Source: Amphiscolops sp. MND2022 (Eukaryota). Taken from it: a DNA stretch of 64,000 bases. The notes under the pieces were generated by a model. The model searched no databases. It was given only the letters and a program-made list of their open reading frames with translations, and had not been told where the DNA came from. The translations under genes were made by a program, and so were the position numbers. Shown here in pieces: positions 11,421-22,746 of this stretch (its first letter is position 1; each line of letters begins with the position of its first letter). Where the stretch lies: positions 25,482,001-25,546,000 of the forward strand of contig OZ076420.1 in NCBI GenBank assembly GCA_964187785.1, given 5' to 3'.

Positions 11421-13500
11421 CTCATTGAGCGTACGTAATTAGATAAAAGAGGAAACCAAACATACTTTGGTACACACCGTGAGTAAAAATAACTCCAAAC
11501 GATGCTTCCATTCATGTGTGAAGTGAAAACCAGTCAAAGTACGTAATTGTAGAGATCGTAAAGAACTCATTTACTCTATTTTGATCACTTCTCGTAACGC
11601 CAAAACACACTGTGTAACGAGCAAAACTCGAAACGCGTATCTGAAAAGACAACGCGTTTATATTGGCTGTTAATCGACCTAGCAACATCTTGCTAGTTCG
11701 TTTCGGCATACTTATCGTAATGCTTTCTCAAGAAACCTATACTCCTTGAAACTTCATCTAATCTTCCCATTTTCTCCTAATATTATCTCATTTCTCCGCT
11801 CTAGCTCTTTTCGTCTAATTTGTATAACTTCCTCTAAACACACCTTGTTGGCAAAATCTCCCACAAAATTGTAGCAAAGATATAAATGTATAATTTCGCT
11901 TTTGTAAATCTTTAATAGCTCTGCTCTGTCTTATTTTGTCTCCACTAATTTCTTGTCTTTTCAAAATGTCATTCAAAAAGTAAGTTCTACCACATTTATC
12001 CTACTTATCATTCAAAAATGACACGTTTTAAGTTAAATCAGCTCTATATTATCGGTATCAATCGTGATTATGACAATGTAAAACAATATTACATCATTGA
12101 TTCATACCACGATCCCACTCGTCCTCTTTTTGTTCCTCAAGAAGCTCTTAGTCTTGACGATGACTTTCTACTTCGTACTCAAAACCCTAACAGTGTTGCT
12201 AACTGCTTCCCAAGGATGAATGAACTTGTTGAAACTCCATTTTATGACCCCTCTCGGTCTGTCTCCACACTTCACTTGTAAATAAACAATACTCCATCGC
12301 ACAACTGAACTTCATCATTGCTAAACTCTCCTTCTTCATTCTGAAAAAAAAACTAGACAAATTTTTTTCCTACCTCCACTAATATCCTAGAAGAAATTAA
12401 TATTGCTCTGCTTAAACTAATACTTTCATCCTCTTCAACAATTGACACTTCTCAAATTCCTAATATATCTTTTATTCCACCTCCTACTTCCTCAAATGTT
12501 CTTCAAACTGTAAATCCTAATGTCTGTATTAACTCCTTCCATTGTCCTACTGTTGAACTTTTCCCAAAATTCTCAAACTTCTCAGTCCACTTGTCGAAAT
12601 TGCTCTGATTCTTTTGTTATTCGCAATCACATTTTTGATTTCTATAGAACTCATCAAAAACTTCTCCAACGTCATTCATTCAAATGACAACCAAACTCTC
12701 ACAATGTTTACTCTCCACAATAATGACTCATTACGATACGTCTGCCGCAAAAATGGACCCATTTATCATCAAGTGTAAAGTGTATTTTCCGTGGAACGAG
12801 AGCGAACCGTATTCTATTCAAACAGTGCATCGTGTTCATCGCGGATTGTGATGCACAGTGTAATCAGAAATTGCGGATTGTTATCATTGAGCGTACGTAA
12901 TTAGATAAAAGTGGAAACCAGTCAAATTTCGGTACACACAGTGAGTAAAAAAACTCCAAACGATGCTTCCATTCATGTGTGAAGTGAAAACCAGTCAAAG
13001 TAGGCAATTGTAGAGATCGTAAAGAGGTCATTTACTGTATTTTGATCACTCCGCGTAACTCCAAAACACACTGTGTAACGAGCAAAACTCGAAATGCGTA
13101 TCTGAAAAGACAACGCGTTTATTTTGGCTGTTAATCGAACTAGCAACATCTTGCTAGTTCGTTTCGGCATACTTATTGTAATGCTTTCTCAAGAAACCTA
13201 TACTCCTTGAAACTTCATATATTTGTCCCATTTTCTCCTAATATTATATCACTTCTTCTCATTAGATCTTTTCTTCTATTTTGTATCCTTTTCTCTAAAA
13301 ACACATTCTTGGCAAAATCTCCCACAAAATTGTAACAAAAATATAAATGTACAGTTTCGCTTTAGGAAATCTTTAATAGCTCTGCACTGTTTTATATTGT
13401 CTCCACTAATTTCTTGTCTTTTCAAAATGTCCTTCGAAAAGTAAGTTCTACCACATTTATCCTTTTTATCATTCAAAAATGACACGTTATAATTGACATC
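10400..13500 (+). repeat. ~1.63 kb direct tandem duplication (10400-12030 vs 12030-13500) with an internal ~150 bp duplication (10725-10873 vs 11127-11280)
   Basis: ORF pairs such as 11512-11709 and 12973-13170 are nearly identical and the DNA aligns by eye. Confidence 0.9.
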
Positions 13501-13972
13501 AATAAATCTCAGGTCATTTTCCTCCTTTTTTGACGTCTTTTTGTATAACACTTTTGTTCTTAAGTTTTGTCCCAATTGTCTCGTTTTTCTCACAGAAGAA
13601 GACACTTTTTCAATTTCTCAAAATGTGTAATCTGATTAACACTTTTCCCACAATACAGTTACTTTGTAAAATCCAAAAAACTAATATTTTCCATTTTCCG
13701 ACTAAAGTTTTTTCTTTCAACTTTGACTTCGTTGCAATCATTAGCTCAATCACTAGCTCAATCGCTACTCTATCACTTTCCTCCCTTTTGGAACTTCGAA
13801 TTGAATATTCTTCTTTTTTTAGATACTTCTTTTGAAGTATCCGCTACAAAATTTTGGATCTTAGAGTATTTCATTTCTTTCGCTGCTTCTTTAAAAGCAA
13901 ATTTGAATTTCAAATAATTCTGATCCTTTCAAACTTCTAACTGCTTGTTTCAAGCATCCTTCACTTTCACAC

Positions 13973-14542
13973 TGTAACAGCTGCTGGCCCTTATCTTGCT
14001 CTGAAGCTTGACAAGATTTACGCCCCCGTGATCCGTAGTTTAGTACTGTGGACCGTTACTAAACAAATCCTGGTTGTCGTGTCTTAAAGGACTCTATCTT
14101 TTGGCTGGTGGTTCCTATGTGACCTGAAGGATCTCCTGCGATCCCTTTTTGCACCTAGGTAGATCTTCTGAGACCCGCACAGACTCCCCTCACTGTACCT
14201 TCACGCGCTCCGGCTCTCCAAATATAAGAGTAGCAACTTAGTTGCTCTGACCGTAGCGATAGGATGTGAAGCTTGAGAAGTCGATTAAATAGTCTCTTGG
14301 TCCTAAGACCCAGCTTGGCTATGGCAATCCAGTCGTCAAAAATCACTATCTAGGAGTGGTATATATCTGGTTTAAAATTGTTCAGTAAATATAGAGCAAA
14401 AATCAGTTGAAATATTTTGTATGAATAAATGACATTCAAGTGAATTATTGAAGTTAATGGCTCTGTAAACAAACTATATGGTGGTTTTGGCATGTTGCGT
14501 AGGTGGACAAATATAAATATCCTTAATTTCATCACAGTTACA
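13973..14542 (+). mobile_element. Putative solo LTR (~570 bp)
   Basis: Starts TGTAAC and ends GTTACA, with a TATA-like tataag near 14223 and AATAAA near 14426. No target-site duplication visible. Confidence 0.5.
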
Positions 14543-17274
14543 TTCTAACGAGGTCATATGGGTAAGTAACGAACTTTGCATTTTCGACTCGGTATCACAC
14601 ATGTGAGAGAAAAAATGTGTGATAATGGGCGAAAACCTTGAAACTTAACCGGTGAGTTGGTGTTAGGCACCTGCATACGTGTGCCAAGTTTCAAGGCTGT
14701 ATGGCTAACAGTCTTTAAGAAAACCCATTTGGAGGGGGTTAAAGATTCATGACGATTGAATTTTCTTCAATTTTTCATCTCAGTTTCGAAGCGCTTAAAA
14801 TCTTGTTTCTCAACCACCATCTTCCAAATCGACTGACATTATCTGCCTGCTGATGACTGGCGCCAACATCTACATCTTTCTTACGCCACTGTTTCATCAA
14901 TAATTTTTAACCACAACGCGAAATAACAGTTTAAACTGCCACTCGGCAAAAATAGCAACATTTCCAAAAATAACCAATTCACCAAAAGTGTGTTTTAGTA
15001 ATCACTTTTGAACTTCCTTCTTCATTTCATCATGACATCTCTTTCTTCGTCCACACTTCTTATAATCACATGCAAATTCCCCCTTCTTTTCTTTTTAACC
15101 CGAATCTTTTCTTCTGTATGAGTATTCACTCTACAGGTTTTTATTTAATGCCATTGTTTCTCAAAACTGTAAAAGTTCCAAAGAAATCTCTTTTATAAAG
15201 TACTTTGTGATTTGAAAAATTCGATTTTTCACCTTTTTCACCACTTTCAGTCTTTAAATTTATCCCTCTTCATTTTAACGTACAATTTTCGAGGTATTTT
15301 CTACTTTCTTTTACAAAAATCATCCTATTAAATAACATGTTTTAATCCACACTCCATATTTTCACCGAGCAACTCCTATAAATTTTAAATGACACTCCTC
15401 GATAACTTCAGTTTTAAACACCTCTTCTTCAAATTTCAAGTCCTATAATTACAATAGAAGCTTACTCACCTCACTCAGTGGCTCCCACTCAAATGAATCT
15501 TTTAGACCTCGCTCTTCCAATGCCTAAATATCAAAAAAAATTACCCGCTAAGTATGAACAACTCCTGAATGAATTTTACTTATATTAGAGATTTGTTTTT
15601 GAAATGAATGAACTTTAATTACACCTATTTGCGACTGGAGCTCTTTCAATCATGTCCTCTTTTAGTTTGTACGACATGACGTCAAAGATCAATGCTTAAG
15701 TTGAACTGAAAACTTTGTATCTTCGTCTGTCAGTTGCTTCATATTTGTCAAAACGGCCGCCAATTCTGACCTCTCTTACTGTTACTTTTTTCCATGTCAA
15801 TATCCGTTTTCTATTGTAACTCGTTCTCTTTCAATAACTGTTCCATCGTTACTCGCTTTTTCAAAAACCACTCGCAATATACAAAGATGAAATAATTCAA
15901 AACGATAAAATAATTGAAATACGAAAAACTCCAAAGCAAAAATTCCGAAAGGTATAACCAAAATAAAAATTAATCGAATCCTTACACCTCTTAACTCCAC
16001 GCAAACTACAAAATGATCAGACTTCCACTAGGTTAAAATGTCTCCAGCAAGAAATTGCATATTCGCCCTCACCTCACGTAAGGAAAGAACAATTAAAGGA
16101 AAGAAAAAAACATAAAAGCATGATGTAAAAACAAAAACACAGCTCTAAACTAAAAATCACCTTTTAACACTTCCTCTGGTTCTTCTGAACTTTGAAATTA
16201 ACTCTTTTACTATATTAAACCAAACTCAGACATCTGTTTTGAACTCCATCATTTTTTGTGAATTCCACTACATTCTTTGATTAATCATTTTGGCTTAATT
16301 TTTTTTCGAAACCCGGCCGGATGATATACCTATGATATAATACTTTTTAATCACCCCCCTTGCTGCCCATTGTCTGAATGTCTAGGCTTGTACTCGCTGC
16401 TTTGAATTTCAATGTATTTCATTTGTATTCAATACTCAATACTTATTCTATCTGTAAAGCACTTCTTGATTTATAACTATTCACAACGATAATAAATCTC
16501 TAAACCTCCTACCATCAAGTTGTCACTTCTTCAGGCCTACTAACACTGCAACTATGAAGGAGTCTTTTAATATACTGACCATCTCTGAAATAATCATCGA
16601 ACTTAACAATCCAACAACAATTCAAAGTACTTTACAAGACAGTGAAGAAATTAAAGTGTTTTCAGAATTGATTGAAACAGTTGACGCTGTAATATAATCC
16701 TAAAAAAATGAGCCCGTCAGGTTCCCGCAATTTTTCATGTTTTGTGAAAATTTAGGTTTATGAAGCATAGAAAAGTTTTCGCATATAAAAATTGCGGGCG
16801 AATTCAGATAGTGCAACTTTTTTGGAAAGTGTTTCATATGTTTCAAAAGGCCAACCCGAATACCAAATGATCACAATTGCTAAGAGTGTCCCTTCAATTG
16901 TAATTTTGTCATGCAAAAGTCAGGACGTTTTACGAAGTGTGACTTTGTAGAACAAGAATTGAGGAACTGTATTTCGACAATGGAACAAAATGGAAAAATT
17001 CGTTTCATATTTTTATCCTATCTTGAAGATCACATTTATTGATTTTTTGTCCAATGTTTTCCTGGTTTGCAACTCGGACACTCAGGTTGAGCCTAAGTTT
17101 AGACTTCAGAATTCTAAGCTGCATGATAAAACAAGGTTCAACAAGGCTGAAAATAGAAATGTTTTGTGGAAATCGCTAAGATCAAATATTTGGAAAACTT
17201 CCATTATTTTTATAAGTCCAAAAACCCTCGACATTTTAGAATCTTGAAGGTCCCAAACTAATGTTTTTGCATCA

Positions 17275-17325
17275 GGTGGAATTCGAATTCCCCAGCTATT
17301 CACGCTAACCACTAGGCCAAGTAAC
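17275..17325 (-). ncRNA. tRNA-derived fragment (SINE head or tRNA pseudogene lacking the anticodon arm); copy at 25633-25683
   Basis: Minus strand reads gttacTTGGCCTAGTGGTTAGCGtgaatagctggGGAATTCGAATTCCacc: Pol III A-box and B-box-like motifs spaced too closely for an intact tRNA. Confidence 0.5.
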
Positions 17326-17691
17326 CAGACGGCGGGACAAAGAGGCGAAAATTACAGGTTTATCAAATTTGTCAGTTCGTAGTTTGCGAATATTATGCGT
17401 AGTTTGTGACTAAAGTTTGCGTTTTTTATTGAAAGCACCGACTAAAAACTAGCCCAATTTAAAACTCCTTTGTTGAACGGTTTCTAAAGTTTTCCGAAGC
17501 ACCAAATATAGAATCTTTGTTCCTAACAGCTTGAAAGTTTTCATCAGAATTAATAAAACCTTGTTAGAAGAGATCGGAAAAGCATTTGGCTGTTTGGTTG
17601 AACCACACTCAATTCACTACCAGAGTCAGTGATTTGAACCTTTGAAAAAGAAACATGCAATTGTTTTGTCAATGTTCGCCCAGTGTGTGTG

Positions 17692-18387
17692 TCAAACGCC
17701 ATTTTTTGAAACATTCGGAGACTTGAAAAGTAGTGAAAATGATGGGAAAGTTTCTCGATTGTTTCCGCAAGCGTACTCATAATTGCTCGCAGACCATTGA
17801 TAAGGGTCTGTATTGAAAAAAAGGTCGACTTGTTTTTGCTCCATCCAAGAAATTGTTCTTGTAAGAGCTTCTGAAGGACATTTAGTCAAAATAACATCCG
17901 TGGTATCTGCAAAAACTACATATTCATACTCTTTCCATATATGATAATTCTGCTTCAGGGAGTTCAGCTTTCTGAAGCCTGGAGGTAACTCATTCTTTCT
18001 TTTTGCGAAGCCGTAGTTGCAGTTGAGATTCAAAAACTGGTACCCAAAAATACGTAAAGCGTTTGCTAGATGAACGTGGCAAAAAGTATCCAGGTTGGAA
18101 ACAGTGACCCATAAAAGTCTTTTTACGGAAACACAGTTTTCTTGGGAAACGGTCAAGTTCAACAGCTTGGAAATATGAACCTGGAAATGATTGAACAATC
18201 CAGCTAAATTGTACCTTTTGCAAGCAACTTCGACTCTCTCGAATCTTGGACTGAATGGGGCATCTTTTTGCTGTTTGAGATGGATAACCGGAGCCGAAAT
18301 CTCTTTGAATTTCTTCATCAAATCTCCAATCTCCAGTTCATGTGTCAAGGGTATAGACGGAAGTTGTTCCTCAGAGATTTCGAACAC
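17692..18387 (-). CDS. 231-codon ORF/exon resembling the glycosyltransferase domain of PLOD/lysyl-hydroxylase-like proteins
   Basis: KLNSLKQ..EYEYVVFADTTDVILTKCPSEAL..VDLFFNTDPYQW resembles the PLOD GT pattern K..L..vlFtDsyDVi..gpeel..fsaE..cWP. Gene boundaries and functionality are unknown. Confidence 0.5.
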   Translation of the reverse strand: MFEISEEQLPSIPLTHELEIGDLMKKFKEISAPVIHLKQQKDAPFSPRFERVEVACKRYNLAGLFNHFQVHISKLLNLTVSQENCVSVKRLLWVTVSNLDTFCHVHLANALRIFGYQFLNLNCNYGFAKRKNELPPGFRKLNSLKQNYHIWKEYEYVVFADTTDVILTKCPSEALTRTISWMEQKQVDLFFNTDPYQWSASNYEYACGNNRETFPSFSLLFKSPNVSKNGV

Positions 18388-19049
18388 TTGAAGATGGTTC
18401 CGGGTTATAATATTCTATTTTTGAGCAAAACTTTGTTTTTGTTTTGGAATTTAAAAACAAATTAAACTTCATGGAACCAAAAAGTTTAATCACATGAATG
18501 ATACTTTGGTATAATTTTTGTGCGCAATGTTAGTTTGATTATCCCCTCAAAGTTCCTCGAGAATCATCAAAGTTGCAGTTTATTCAACAAAATTAGTTTG
18601 TTCTATCAAGAGTAACCTAAAAGAACTTCATAAAAAGGGTATCATTTTCAACAGTAATTAATAGACGAGATACTCACTTTTGAATGGAAATCATTTATGA
18701 CTTGTAATGAAATAGAAATTCATGCAATGAAAAAGTCGAGATAACGAATGAAATGTCGGTATGGACTTTTTCGAGATGGACTTTAGGATGATTTTTGTTT
18801 TTTTTTTCTAACAAAAAACATGGTAAAAGTTCTATTTTCTACTCGTTGTTCTTTCAACTATGTAATATTTGTCACTTTTCACATCAACCATCAACCCCAA
18901 TACTCTGTATCAGGTCAGCGTGCTTTGAGACAGTAGATTCAACAAGGATTTTTGATAGGATCGGATGAACGTTTCCTCTCCATGAGTTTTGCAGAGCCAA
19001 CCTGTCGAAAAGTTTTTTTTCTTTTCGAGGTTAAAACCTACTGATCACT

Positions 19050-19680
19050 ATCTGTAAGAGGTTGCACAAAGTTACATAAAGCTCGTCATAAAAAGCCTTT
19101 CCAGCTTTAGACGTGGAAAACATGGTTCCGAAAAGAGCAATCGATGAGTTACCTCATTCTTTGGTTTCTACAACACTTGCCCATCAACAAATCAAAGTAA
19201 GCGGCATATCCGCAAAGGCTCCTGTCTAGTGGCAGTCGAAATGCTCAGATTCGTGAAGGCAGGGATTCCTTTTCTGGACCGTTTGTAAAAATGACATGGT
19301 ATTTTAGCATCTAAGAAAAACCGTATACTTAAGATTTGAAGTTTGATTTCCAGATCAGCAGAGCAATCAAACTAATGACGTGAGACACCTGCTTTCATTC
19401 CCCAATTCAACTGTTTCTCCAGAGATGTGATTAGAATACTTGCGAATTCTACTGATGAGAATAATCTGAGCTTTCTGATTGCCAATTCAAGGTCTCATTT
19501 AAGAACCGAAGTACACACTTTTGTAAAACAGCCCAGTTAGAGAATAGTTTCTTCTCCAGAGCTGCTAAATATCGGAACGATTTACCTGTCGACACAAAAA
19601 CGCAGCGGTTTTCTAAGGCACGACAAAAACTCAAAAGGTATTTTTTCCAACTCTACCTGGATGACGAAGGTAGACCTATT
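19050..19680 (+). mobile_element. 3' fragment of a CR1/L2-like non-LTR retrotransposon ORF2
   Basis: ENSFFSRAAKYRNDLPVDTKTQRFSKARQKLKRYFFQLY matches the LINE C-terminal pattern sFf.R....WN.LP..i.....fk.kLk.yf. Confidence 0.6.
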
Positions 19681-19903
19681 ACCCTATTTACGGCAAAACA
19701 TTGAACATCTTTTCGATTCAAATAAACAGGGGTAGCCCAGAACTCAAAGCAAACCCATATTGATGGTAAATGATTTTCCAATGACGATACATACATTTTT
19801 TTCAATATAAAACATTTTAATGCTTTTTGCTGTCGTCTGCGTAAAATAGCATATTATCTAGCGTGAAGTAGAGTCACGACACGCTCCCAGTCGGTGTTCC
19901 AAC

Positions 19904-20502
19904 TGTGACGAAGGAAGACACAAATTCACCAGAGGACTTGATCACGGAAGGAACCTTTAAAACGTAAGATCTTTAAATTCTACTTACACTACAGCTAAAT
20001 AAGAGTGGAAATTTTCTCGCGTAACAAAATTGACGTAAGGGCGACGTGACGTTCCGCTTAATTGTTTCTGAATTAACGAAACTTCCGGTCTATTAGTTTT
20101 CCGTGACTATTTTTCACTTCCGGTGTAAAATGACAACTAGAAGTCAGAAAAAAAGCAGCAGAGGAAGTAGTCTCTAGAGACGTAGATACTCCCATAACTG
20201 GAAATAATTCTGAGGAAAACCTCATAGCTGGTCCTAGCAAGTCACCCAAAGTGCAACTCGAAGATCTGGACGAAAAAAGACGTCACTTAGGAGAGAGATC
20301 ATGTCTGATCTCTCCAAAATTCTTGCAGAAAATCAAATGGAGATGCTAAAGTTATTAGGCCCAGTTACAAAAGCTCGAAATAATCATCCAGAAATAGAAG
20401 ATCTTGATTCTGAAACAAAAGATGTACCTCCTACTATCACTTCTACACCTGCTAAAAACAAAACGGCTGCACGTAAAAACACACCGACGATCAGTCGTAA
20501 CA
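19904..20502 (+). mobile_element. Solo LTR carrying the MTTRSQ...MSDLSKILAENQ ORF
   Basis: Termini TGTGACG...CGTAACA are imperfect inverted ends, and the ORF from ~20130 runs to the right end. No TSD seen. Confidence 0.6.
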
Positions 20503-22176
20503 AGTAGTTTGCACGCTAACGTTTTTGTAACGTCCACCTACCTGGTGGACCTGTTGGAACCCTGTTAGATGTTGTTCCCCTACTTCAATGTATTTCACCT
20601 AAGTGCCATTTTTGGACCTCGGAAGCATATAGCAAGTTGCAGGAACTTTAGGATTTGTTTTCACAGGCTAGTGGACCGTGTCCGCATTTGCGAGTACCGG
20701 CACGTTGGCTCAGAGCTCTAACATAAGAGCCTTCTTGACGTTTAAAAAGTCCCAAATTTCTCAAACTTCTCCGTCCACTTGTCGAAATTGCTCTGATTCT
20801 TTTGTTATTCGCAATCCAATTTTTATTTCTATAGAACTCATCAAAAACTTCTCCAACGTCATTCAAATGACAACCAAACTCTCACAATGTTTACTCTCCA
20901 CAATAATGACTCATTACGATACGTCTGCCGCAAAAATGGACCCATTTATCATCAAGTGTAAAGTGTATTTTCCGTGAAACGAGAGCGAACCGTATTCTAG
21001 GCAAACAGTGCATCGTGTTCATCGCGGATTGTGATGCACAGTGTAATCAGAAATTGCGGAGTGTTATCATTGAGCGTACGTAATTAGATAAAAGTGGAAA
21101 CCAGTCAAATTTCGGTACACACAGTGAGTAAAAATAACTCCAAACGATGCTTCCATTCATGTGTGAAGTGAAAACCAGTCAAAGTAGGCAATTGTAGAGA
21201 TCGTAAAGAAGTCATTTTTTGTATTTTGATCACTCCGCGCAACTCCAAAACACAAGCAAAACGAGCTTGACGAGCTGTGTAACGAGCAAAACTCGAAATG
21301 CGTATCTGAAAAGACAACGCGTTTATTTTGGCTGTTAATCGAACTAGCAACATCTTGCTAGTTCGTTTCGGCATACTTATCGTAATGCTTTCTCAAGAAA
21401 CCTATACTCCTTGAAACTTCATCTATTTTTCCCATTTCTCCTAATATTATATCACTTCTTCTCATTAGCTCTTTTCTTCTATTTTGTATCCTTTTCTCTA
21501 AAAACACATTCTTGGCAAAATCTCCCACAAAATTGTAACAAAAATATAAATGTACAATTTCGCTTTTGTAAATCTTTAATAGCTCTGCACTGTTTTATAT
21601 TGTCTCCACTAATTTCTTGTCTTTTCAAAATGTCCTCCGAAAAGTAAGTTCTACCACATTTATCCTTTTTATCATTCAAAAATGACACGTTATAATTGAC
21701 ATCAATAAATCTCAGGTCATTTTTCCTCCTTTTTTGACGTCTTTTTGTATAACACTTTTGTTCTTAAGTTTTGCCCTAATTGTCTCGTTTTTCTCACAGA
21801 AGAAGACACTTTTTTAATTTCTCAAAATGTGTAATCTGACTAACACTTTTCCCACAATACAGTTACTTCGTAAAAACCAAAAAATTAATATTTTCCATTT
21901 TCCGACTAAAGTTTTTTCTTTCAACTTTGACTTCGTTGCAATCATTAGCTCAATCACTAGCTCAATCGCTACTCTATCACGTTCCTCCCTTTTGGAACTT
22001 CGAATTTAATATTCTTCCTTTTTTAGATACTTCTTTTGAAGTATCCGCTACAAAATTTTGGATCTTAGAGTATTTCATTTCTTTCGCTGCTTCTTTAAAA
22101 GCAAATTTGAATTTCAAATAATTCTGATCCTTTCAAACTTCTAACTGCTTGTTTCAAGCATCCTTCACTTTCACAC

Positions 22177-22746
22177 CGTAACAGCTGCTGGCTCTTATCT
22201 TGCTCTGAAGCTTGACAAGATTTACGCCCCCGTGATCCGTAGTTTAGTACTGTGGACCGTTACTAAACAAATCCTGGTTTTCGTGTCTTAAAGGACTGTA
22301 TCTTTTGGCTGGTGGTTCCTATGTGACCTGAAGGATCTCCTGCGATCCCTTTTTGCACCTAGGTAGATCTTCTGAGACCCGCACAGACTCCCCTCACTGT
22401 ATCTTCACGCGCTCCGTCTCTCCAAATATAAGAGTAGCCACTTAGTTGCTCTGACCGTAGCGATAGGATGTGAAGCTTGAGAAGTCGATTAATTAGTCTC
22501 TTGGTCCTAAGACCCAGCTTGGCTATGGCAATCCAGTCGTCAAAAATCACTATCTAGGAGTGGTATATATCTGGTTTAAAATTGTTCAGTAAACATAGAG
22601 CAAAAATCAGTTGAAATATTTTGTATAAATAAATGACATTTAAGTGAATTATTGAAGTTAATGGCTCTGTAAACAAACTATATGGTGGTTTTGGCATGTT
22701 GCGTAGGTGGACAATCATAAATATCCTTAATTTCATCGGAGTTACA
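22177..22746 (+). mobile_element. Duplicated copy of the putative solo LTR at 13973
   Basis: Near-identical sequence with ends cGTAAC...GTTACA. Confidence 0.5.

Larger units (their letters stand above)
1..11600 (+). mobile_element. Decayed Ty3/Gypsy LTR retrotransposon A (5' end outside window): gag, PR, RT, RNase H, IN, env-like gene, extra 3' ORF
   Basis: Domain remnants occur in Gypsy order PR-RT-RH-IN on the plus strand with many stops and frameshifts. The 3' boundary is uncertain because it runs into tandem duplications. Confidence 0.9.

Noticed and set aside
13276-13950. Minus-strand Lys/Cys-rich ORF remnants (also 21479-22121)
   Set aside because: May be real coding decay, but I recognise no domain and could not fix a frame.
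16722-16798. 12-bp inverted repeat cccgcaattttt / aaaaattgcggg
   Set aside because: Too short, no TSD; copied only via the segmental duplication.
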